64,000 bases of DNA from a bacterium (GTDB lineage Bacteria > Patescibacteriota > Minisyncoccia > UBA6257 > JAGOQP01): the NCBI GenBank assembly GCA_021814695.1, contig JAKAHY010000004.1, positions 24,481 through 88,480 on the forward strand, in the 5' to 3' direction. This document shows, in pieces, positions 57,324-64,000 of the stretch (positions are counted from its first letter, which is position 1; each line of letters begins with the position of its first letter). The notes beneath the pieces are model-generated. The model was not told where the DNA came from. It saw only the letters and a program-made list of their open reading frames with translations, and did not search any database. The translations under genes and the position numbers were made by a program.

Positions 57324-58013
57324 TTATTGAATAATTCCGGGAGTGGAGGTCGTTTCCTGCTGCTGAGTCGGAGATGTGATAAGGCAAATTGTTCTTTTAA
57401 CCGAAGTGCTGAATCCCAAAAATCTTTTGGCGGTAAATTCGAATACATTGTTGTTGCATCCGGAATTTAGAGATACTTGTTTTTCGAATGAACCATCCGG
57501 ATTAACCACTACCTCGCTGTCATTTACTAAAAGCTTGTCTTGGGGGTTACTTATCTTTCCGGATAAAATAAATGTATCTTGTTGGGCCTGATACATATCT
57601 GAGGGAGGAGAAATTATTTCTATTGACGGGCGACCCAAAAAGTCCGCAATTTTAGGAATTAAAAAGGCGATTACAACCAAGACGGCGAGCGTGATAACCA
57701 AGGCCATTTTATTAAAAGGTTTTGGGGCGTAACGGTTGGACGGTAATTTGTCCGATTCTCCGGAGCGTTTTATTTCCGATTCTTTTCTATACTCGTGCCA
57801 TAACGGCTCGGAGTCTATTTCTAAGATTCTTGCAATTGTATCCAAATAGCCACGGACATAAGGAGCTGCCGGCAGATTGGAGAAATCGTTTTCCAAAAGC
57901 GCTTTAATGTAATGAGGGGCAATATCAGTCAGCTCCGAAAGTTTCTGAGCATTGAGCCCTTTGGCTCTCATCTCCTCTTTGAGGATGTCTTTTAAGGGTT
58001 TAAATTCTGTCAT
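57324..58013 (-). CDS. RodZ-like HTH membrane protein
   Basis: HTH then LPAAPYVRGYL, TM, Ig-like C-domain; ftsK-rodZ-recA context. Confidence 0.8.
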   Translation of the reverse strand: MTEFKPLKDILKEEMRAKGLNAQKLSELTDIAPHYIKALLENDFSNLPAAPYVRGYLDTIARILEIDSEPLWHEYRKESEIKRSGESDKLPSNRYAPKPFNKMALVITLAVLVVIAFLIPKIADFLGRPSIEIISPPSDMYQAQQDTFILSGKISNPQDKLLVNDSEVVVNPDGSFEKQVSLNSGCNNNVFEFTAKRFLGFSTSVKRTICLITSPTQQQETTSTPGIIQ

Positions 58014-58020
58014 GATCGAA

Positions 58021-58152
58021 ACTTAAAACTTAACACTAAAAGCTAAAAACTCTTTTTAGCATATATTCAATTAGAACGATTTAGTCCAGTACATTCTCCA
58101 CCTTTTCTTATTTGCCGTCAAACTCTTGCTCGTGTGGCGTTAAGTTTTAAGT
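58021..58152. repeat. 14-bp inverted repeat with heptamer periodicity
   Basis: ACTTAAAACTTAAC 58021-58034 / GTTAAGTTTTAAGT 58139-58152; inner hairpin GCTAAAAA/TTTTTAGC 58042-58060. Confidence 0.65.
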
Positions 58153-58154
58153 AT

Positions 58155-58226
58155 TCAGTTGTTTTGGTCTTCTCTGGATACGAATACTTCTCTTGGTTTG
58201 GCTCTTTCTATATGGCTGAAGATGGC
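58155..58226 (-). pseudogene. Displaced duplicate of the ftsK 3' end
   Basis: Translates AIFSHIERAKPREVFVSREDQNN* versus ftsK GIVGPGEGAKPREVFVNKDLP*. Confidence 0.8.
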
Positions 58227-58227
58227 T

Positions 58228-59166
58228 TTATTTTAATTCTGTTCCACCCCATTCTACAACGGTAAATCCATTTCTTGTGAAGGGCGTTAATGTTTGAGGC
58301 TTAACGATGACTTCTCTATCTATTGGTTTGATTACCATAAATACGCGAAGCAGTGAATCTGGTTTTGGAGTTATGTTTAGTTTAGCAAAATTTCCATACT
58401 CCGAATCGTTTGCAAAGTGAATAAGATTGAATTTGTTTCTCTCCATTTTTGGATACCAGTATACGATAAAATCATTGTATTCACTTGGCAGTAAACCTAT
58501 TTTAGGCAGAACGCCTTCTAAAAATTTTTTTGAATCTTCTCCAGCAACAACAAATCCACTGGAAAGGTCATAAGGCCTTTTTTCTGCTGATCCCTCCCAA
58601 TATATATAGGAATATTGCTTGTTATCTTTTGTGTCGATAATCTGTCCAGTTGGAGAAGCGACGACTTTCCAACCATTGATTGTTGTGTCGTAATCGGGAT
58701 AGTCTGCTGTTATTGTGCCATTGTAATCCAATTTGACTGTTACAGTAGTTTTTTTGGTCGGGTATAAATATAATGCGGGTTTAGCTGTCGGTCCGTAAAT
58801 TTGTATGGGAATGGGAGGTGATATGATTTTTTTAAATGATTCGAAACAAGCATCAGCTCTCTGTTCTTGGGTTGATGTGGATTTTGCAAGTTGGCAGTGT
58901 TCCATGCTGAAATAAATTCCATCCTCGGAACCCTTGTAATATATTTGGCTAGTTGTATCTGGGTTGGTTACATCCTTAAGATTATTTTTACAATTATCAA
59001 GATTATTATTTGATATAAATAAAGCAACCAATAGATAAATTATAATTGTCGGAATTAAAACTAGAATTGTGGCAACTAGAATCTTTACCCACCATTTCAT
59101 TTGTTTATTTGTTCCTCTGTCAAGATTAGGTTGTTGTTTTGAATTTTCTTCTGGGGTCGTATTCAT
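58228..59166 (-). CDS. AT-rich membrane-anchored protein with conserved uncharacterised C-domain (inserted cargo gene)
   Basis: TM; KPALYLYP...YSYIYWEG...DFIVYWYP...PKPDSLLRVFM...VVEWGG. Confidence 0.8.
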   Translation of the reverse strand: MNTTPEENSKQQPNLDRGTNKQMKWWVKILVATILVLIPTIIIYLLVALFISNNNLDNCKNNLKDVTNPDTTSQIYYKGSEDGIYFSMEHCQLAKSTSTQEQRADACFESFKKIISPPIPIQIYGPTAKPALYLYPTKKTTVTVKLDYNGTITADYPDYDTTINGWKVVASPTGQIIDTKDNKQYSYIYWEGSAEKRPYDLSSGFVVAGEDSKKFLEGVLPKIGLLPSEYNDFIVYWYPKMERNKFNLIHFANDSEYGNFAKLNITPKPDSLLRVFMVIKPIDREVIVKPQTLTPFTRNGFTVVEWGGTELK

Positions 59167-59220
59167 TTTTTTGATTTAATATTGTGACTTACTATTATGA
59201 CAATTATTTTGTTTGCAGAT

Positions 59221-61326
59221 CTATGGTAAATCTTTATTAACAAAAACCTCTCTTGGTTTAGCGCCTTCTCCCGGACCAACAATCCCTTTTTCTTCCATAA
59301 TATCGAGCAAACGTGCAGCCCGGGCATACCCGATTTTAAGTTTTCTTTGCAAAAGTGACGCGGAGGCCTTTTGGGTCTGTTTTACGGTCTCGACGGCTTC
59401 CCGGAGAAGCTCGTCATCTTCGTCATTTTCAGCGTATTCTTCAAACATATCACGTTGTCCGTTCTCCGATTCACCGTTCTCTTCAAAGACCGGTCCTTCC
59501 TGGCTGGAATCGATATAATCCTCGTTGTTGTCCCTGATAAAGTCGGTAACTTTCTTTATTTCCTCTTCCGCTATGTAAGCGCCCTGAATCCTTTTTGGTT
59601 TTGAAAGTTCGGCAGAAACAAAAAGCAAATCTCCGCCTCCGAGAAGTTTTTCGGCGCCGGCGGTGTCCAATATTGTGCGCGAATCAACCTGACTGGCGAC
59701 TTGGAGTGCGATGCGGGACGTAATGTTGGCTTTTATAAGTCCGGTAATAACCTCAACGGATGGTCTCTGGGTTGAAAGTATCAGATGAATTCCGGTAGCC
59801 CGGGCCATCTGCGCCAAACGGACTATTGCGTTTTCGACATCTCTTCCGTATGCGGCCATCAGATCGGCCATTTCATCAACGACTATGACAATAAAAGCCA
59901 TCGGAGTTTCGGGATTTTTTTTATTGTAGCTTTGGATATCCCTGGCTCCTGCCTTAAGCAGAGTCTCATATCTTTTTTCCATTTCGGCGATTGCCCATCT
60001 GAAAACTCCCAAAGCCTTCTTACCCTGAATGATGACGGGAGCGATTAGATGCGGCAAACCATTATAAGCCGAGAGCTCAACTCTTTTTGGATCAATGAGT
60101 ATAAATTTAAGCGTTTGAGGCGAGTTTTTATACAGGAGAGAAATAAGGATCGAGTGAAGCATTATTGATTTTCCCGAACCAGTAGCTCCGGCCACCAGAA
60201 GGTGCGGCATTTTTTCTATGTTGGCGGTAATAAGATCTCCAGTTACGTCGCGGCCGACACAAAATCCCAATGCGCCGCTTTCGGCAAATTCGGGATAAGC
60301 CATAAGATTTCCCAAGCGGACAATGGCAGCGCTTTTATTGGGAACTTCAATACCGACATAAGGCTTCCCCGGAATCGGAGCTTCAATTCGGATAGGGTGA
60401 GCCGATAGAGCCAGCGAGAGGTCCTGATTGAGGGCTGTTATCCTTGTCAGCTTAATTCCTTCTGCGGGACGCAATGTGTATCGGGTAACTTTGGGTCCGA
60501 TATTTATTTCCCCCATCTCCACGGCAATTCCGAAGCTTTCCAGAGTCCTTTTGATAATATTGGCATTTGCCCTAAGGTCTCCTGCATTCGGTTTTTCAAC
60601 GGATGATTTAAGTAGCTCAAGCGGGGGAGCTTTGTAGTCGGCAAATTTTTGGAATGTCCCGTTTGTTTTTGGCTTCTGGTTTTTTGAAGAAAAGATAGCC
60701 AAGGGTTTTTCCTTTTCTTTCGGTTCGTCAGCTGCTTCGGCAATAGCCGGTTCTTTTTGGGTTTCGGGGGTAGTGATGGATGGAGCCACTTTAATTTCCG
60801 GCTCCATAGCATCTTTTTTGCCGAATTTTATTCTTATAGGCTGGTCAAAAACCACAATAATTCCTATAATTACCGCGATAAAAAGAAGGGACGCCCAAGC
60901 AATTGGCCCAAACCACATTTTAGGATAACCGGCTACCGATCCGATGTCTCCGCCCCGTTTATCGAAAAGGACATCAATAAATCCAAGGGCTGATATGAAA
61001 AAAAGAATTGCACCCCAAAGCGTAGGCACATAAACGGCGCGCTCTTCTTTATGCATAAGAAGTGTCGCGCTAACCGAAAGAAGAGTTAGGGGCAAAAGCG
61101 AGTAACCCCACCCGAGCAATTCATAGAGAGAATTAAAAATAATCCCCCCGACATTTCCGGCAAGGGAAACTCCCGCTAATCCTAAAAGTATGGCAACGGC
61201 CAAAAAAATAAGAGCCCAGATACTATGAGTTGTCTCTTGAGCGAGTTTTTTGGACGGAACAAATTCCTTCCTGTTTTTATTGTTTTCGTTTTTAAAATCA
61301 GCTCTGTTCTTGTGATGCTTGGACAT
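59221..61326 (-). CDS. ftsK: DNA translocase FtsK/SpoIIIE
   Basis: N-terminal TMs, RIEAPIPG, PHLLVAGATGSGKS, DEMADLM, TQRPS, gamma domain LQRKLKIGYARAARL. Confidence 0.97.
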   Translation of the reverse strand: MSKHHKNRADFKNENNKNRKEFVPSKKLAQETTHSIWALIFLAVAILLGLAGVSLAGNVGGIIFNSLYELLGWGYSLLPLTLLSVSATLLMHKEERAVYVPTLWGAILFFISALGFIDVLFDKRGGDIGSVAGYPKMWFGPIAWASLLFIAVIIGIIVVFDQPIRIKFGKKDAMEPEIKVAPSITTPETQKEPAIAEAADEPKEKEKPLAIFSSKNQKPKTNGTFQKFADYKAPPLELLKSSVEKPNAGDLRANANIIKRTLESFGIAVEMGEINIGPKVTRYTLRPAEGIKLTRITALNQDLSLALSAHPIRIEAPIPGKPYVGIEVPNKSAAIVRLGNLMAYPEFAESGALGFCVGRDVTGDLITANIEKMPHLLVAGATGSGKSIMLHSILISLLYKNSPQTLKFILIDPKRVELSAYNGLPHLIAPVIIQGKKALGVFRWAIAEMEKRYETLLKAGARDIQSYNKKNPETPMAFIVIVVDEMADLMAAYGRDVENAIVRLAQMARATGIHLILSTQRPSVEVITGLIKANITSRIALQVASQVDSRTILDTAGAEKLLGGGDLLFVSAELSKPKRIQGAYIAEEEIKKVTDFIRDNNEDYIDSSQEGPVFEENGESENGQRDMFEEYAENDEDDELLREAVETVKQTQKASASLLQRKLKIGYARAARLLDIMEEKGIVGPGEGAKPREVFVNKDLP

Positions 61327-61376
61327 AAGATTGTTCCTTTAATTTAACTCTAATTTTGGTTAAAATTCAATTACAC

Positions 61377-62708
61377 ATGAATTCGGAAATTTTTAGAGCA
61401 TATGATATTCGCGGAAAATATCCCGGACAGATAAATGAACGCGAGGTTTTCGATGTTGCCCTGAGGATGGCGGCAATATTTCCCAAAGGGAAGAAAATCG
61501 TTATCGGTCGCGATTCGCGCAATAGTTCTCCGGCGCTTTATCTGGCGTTGCACAATGGTCTGGCAGTGGCAGGATTTAAAGTTATTGGGGCGGGATTGAT
61601 GATAACGCCTGCGATAGATTTTTTTGTACGCCGTTTTAATGCAGCGGGAGGGATAGTTGTTACCGCTTCCCACAATCCTAAAAATTTTAACGGTCTTTAT
61701 ATTGTAGACAAAAAAGGAGCGTCTGTCGGAGGAAATTTTATCTACTCCAAGATTTTAAAATTGAAACCAAAATTCAAGATATCCGGTAAGATTTATCCTA
61801 AAGAAAGGGATGATTTAAACCAAAAAGAATACGCAGAATTTTTGAGCGGGATATTTTCAGTAGACAAAACTATGCGCGTTGTTATTGATTGTTCCAACGG
61901 TAGCGCCGGGCCGACCGTAAAAAAACTTAAATTTCCAAAAAATGTCCGCCCGATATTTATAAATATCCGCCCCGATGGTAATTTTCCGGCTCATGGTCCC
62001 AACCCGATGATTGCCGGCGCATTAAAAAATGCCGCTGATGCGATCTTAAAGAATAAAGCCGATTTAGGAGTAGTTTTTGACGGTGATGGAGACAGGGCGT
62101 TTATATTGGATAATCTTGGGCGGGAAGTTTTTCCGGAACATATATGGAAACTTTTTCATTCAATGTATCCGGAAGAAAAAATTGTTTATTCGGTATTGTC
62201 GGGTTTTACCATGAGCGTGTTTAAATCGAAACTTCCCGAATTGAGACGGGCCAAGTTCATCGAATCAAGGGTTGGGCATTTGTTTATGAAGCAAGCGTGT
62301 TTTAAAGAAAAAAATGCCATCGGGGTGGAGACGTCGATGCATTATTACTTGCCTTGGGATGATTTTGCCGGTTCCGGAATTTTAGCGATGATTATTGCAA
62401 CAAACGCTTTGTCAAAACTGCCTTATTCTTTGTCGGAATTTGTTTCTCTAATGCCTGAGACATTCAAGATTCCGGAATATAATATTAAATTTAACAAGAA
62501 CAAGCTTCCGCAACTTTATAAAAAAATAAAAAAAGTTTTTTTGAAAAATTCCGTCAAAACAGAAAATATAGACGGCCTGAGTATCTTTGGAAAAAATTGG
62601 TGGCTGAATGTCAGGCCGTCAAATACGGAAGATTTGGTAAGAATTAACATTGAATCGACGGAAAAAGAGATGCTCGGAAAAATAAAAAAATTATTCTCTC
62701 CGGAATAA
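61377..62708 (+). CDS. Phosphomannomutase/phosphoglucomutase
   Basis: IFRAYDIRG, TASHNP, DGDGDR, RPSNTE. Confidence 0.93.
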   Translation: MNSEIFRAYDIRGKYPGQINEREVFDVALRMAAIFPKGKKIVIGRDSRNSSPALYLALHNGLAVAGFKVIGAGLMITPAIDFFVRRFNAAGGIVVTASHNPKNFNGLYIVDKKGASVGGNFIYSKILKLKPKFKISGKIYPKERDDLNQKEYAEFLSGIFSVDKTMRVVIDCSNGSAGPTVKKLKFPKNVRPIFINIRPDGNFPAHGPNPMIAGALKNAADAILKNKADLGVVFDGDGDRAFILDNLGREVFPEHIWKLFHSMYPEEKIVYSVLSGFTMSVFKSKLPELRRAKFIESRVGHLFMKQACFKEKNAIGVETSMHYYLPWDDFAGSGILAMIIATNALSKLPYSLSEFVSLMPETFKIPEYNIKFNKNKLPQLYKKIKKVFLKNSVKTENIDGLSIFGKNWWLNVRPSNTEDLVRINIESTEKEMLGKIKKLFSPE

Positions 62709-62733
62709 AAAAATGAACCCCAAAATCGGAGTT

Positions 62734-63162
62734 CTAAAATTGCGGAGCATCTCCCAGATCAATTTCCGTATAGTGGCTGGCGGGATCGGCCGGTCCGGCG
62801 GGATATAGCGGCGGGATTGAAATGTATACTTTTTCTTTGCCATAGTCATTTCCACCCCAATCGTTTTTCTTCACGAGAGTAATGGAAAGAACGATATTCC
62901 GGATGCTTTCGGGAATATATCCATTGGAGTTGCATAAGCAAGCTTTTGATAGAACCTTGATTGACGCTTCGCTCATCTTACGGCTTGAGTCGACGCACTG
63001 AATCCAGAATGCCTTAACGACCGGTACGTTCGGCCAGTCAACGTTGATATCATCGGTCCGCATCTCGTGGCTTTCCAGAAGGTAAAGAAGCGAATTACGT
63101 ACAGCGACATACAGAAGCTCTTCCACTTCATGACCGTTGGACAGGACTCTGGTGGCTGGCAT
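62734..63162 (-). CDS. Orphan protein
   Basis: ATG 63162 lies 6 nt after AGGAG; TTGACA-18-TAAGTT upstream; hairpin GAACCCC/GGAGTTC at the stop. Confidence 0.6.
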   Translation of the reverse strand: MPATRVLSNGHEVEELLYVAVRNSLLYLLESHEMRTDDINVDWPNVPVVKAFWIQCVDSSRKMSEASIKVLSKACLCNSNGYIPESIRNIVLSITLVKKNDWGGNDYGKEKVYISIPPLYPAGPADPASHYTEIDLGDAPQF

Positions 63163-63230
63163 TCTTTTCTCCTGGGGTACTGGGAGCTGAGTAAAACTTA
63201 GCAATAAAGGGTGGTTTATGTCAATATGTT

Positions 63231-63259
63231 TTGACATCGGAATCTTTCAGCGCTATAGT
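63231..63259 (+). promoter_or_regulatory. Near-consensus sigma70 promoter for the YkuK-like gene
   Basis: TTGACA-17-TATAGT, ATG 9 nt downstream. Confidence 0.65.
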
Positions 63260-63268
63260 TGCTCGCGT

Positions 63269-63745
63269 ATGACGGATTTATTCTTCGATAACGACGGCAA
63301 GCGGCTTTCTCAAAAGGAAATTGTATCTCAAATTCATGATTACATGCTCCAAAAGCCTCAATACGCCTATAAAATCATAGTCGGAAGCGATTCCCAGCCC
63401 CTGGGTGAGACGGCTGATTTTGTTACTGCAATCGTGGTTCACAGAGTGGGTAACGGAGGCAGATATTTTTGGAAAAGACTTGCGGGAGAGAGAGTGTTTA
63501 ATTTACGGGACAGGATTATCAAGGAGGTTATGATGTCTTTGGAAACTGCGGTTGAAATTCTCAAAGTTTTGAAGGAAAATATTGATATAAAATTTGATTT
63601 TGAAGTTCACGTCGATGTCGGGTCCAATGGTAAAACCAGCGAACTCATATCGGAGGTTACGGGAATGATTCGGGCGTATAATCTTCCGTTTAAAACCAAA
63701 CCCGAGAGTTATGCCGCCAGTTCCGTTGCCGATAAGCATGCATAA
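63269..63745 (+). CDS. RNase H-like YkuK/DUF458 family protein
   Basis: IIVGSDSQ, FVTAIVVHRVGNGGRYF, EVHVDVG, KPESYAASSVADK. Confidence 0.88.
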   Translation: MTDLFFDNDGKRLSQKEIVSQIHDYMLQKPQYAYKIIVGSDSQPLGETADFVTAIVVHRVGNGGRYFWKRLAGERVFNLRDRIIKEVMMSLETAVEILKVLKENIDIKFDFEVHVDVGSNGKTSELISEVTGMIRAYNLPFKTKPESYAASSVADKHA

Positions 63746-63748
63746 ACC

Positions 63749-63798
63749 AGTAATCGGTAAATAGCGGGAAGTTATTGATGCGCTAATTACCAATTGCT
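63749..63798. repeat. Imperfect inverted repeat with heptamer periodicity
   Basis: AGTAATCGGTAAATAGCG / CGCTAATTACCAATTGCT (15 of 18 complementary). Confidence 0.55.
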
Positions 63799-63817
63799 AG
63801 TAACTAATTAATAAAAA

Positions 63818-64000
63818 ATGAAAGACATAGTTGTAATAGATATCGAAACTAAAAATACTTTTTTGGAAGTCGGACGCGACAATTTTTCCGGATTGGACAT
63901 CTCGCTTGTCGGACTCTATTCCTACAACCAGAATAAATATTTTGCATTTGAGGAGCACCAGTTGGCTGAAGCCGGAGAAATTTTAAAAAATAGCGATCTC
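63818..64000 (+). CDS. RNase H-like/DEDD exonuclease family protein, 5' part (runs off window)
   Basis: MKDIVVIDIETKNTFLEVGRDNFSGLDISLVGLYSY. Confidence 0.75.
   Translation, partial: MKDIVVIDIETKNTFLEVGRDNFSGLDISLVGLYSYNQNKYFAFEEHQLAEAGEILKNSDL

Noticed and set aside
63163-63237. Longer start (63237) for the 62734 orphan
   Set aside because: It overlaps the -35 of the divergent promoter and includes the orphan's own promoter; ATG 63162 has a well-spaced AGGAG.
1-64000. CRISPR array, rRNA, IS transposase or stop-codon recoding
   Set aside because: No spaced repeats or such genes found by eye; TGA ends several intact genes and core ORFs are full length in code 11.

Overview
Chromosomal segment of a small-genome bacterium, most likely Patescibacteria/CPR (Parcubacteria-like; inferred from gene content, standard code 11). 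It begins at the probable replication origin: the 5' end of dnaA on the minus strand, DnaA boxes, then rpmH-rnpA-yidC-jag. It is mostly housekeeping genes (polA, comM, pcrA, rsmA, mutM, holA, rpsT, ruvA, murE, trpS, rnj, secG, nusA, hppA, clpP, glyA, folD, recA, ftsK, tRNA-Leu). A roughly 15 kb CPR-type T4SS-like locus (14.7-30.0 kb) has VirB6-like, PrgI, VirB4 and VirB2-like pilin genes but no relaxase or VirD4 in the window. Best second-look items: (1) an integrase-free insertion of about 1.06 kb at the ftsK 3' end, leaving a second, diverged copy of the ftsK C-terminus (AKPREVFVSREDQNN*) downstream; (2) a T4SS pilin fused to a putative M15-like Zn peptidase; (3) six orphan single-gene units with Shine-Dalgarno sites, while many core genes look leaderless; (4) an HNH-like/Zn-finger orphan between dnaA and rpmH; (5) a recurrent AAAGGTCG leader motif and several structured intergenic elements. 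No CRISPR array, rRNA, transposase or integrase was seen. All protein family calls come from motif recognition, not database searches.
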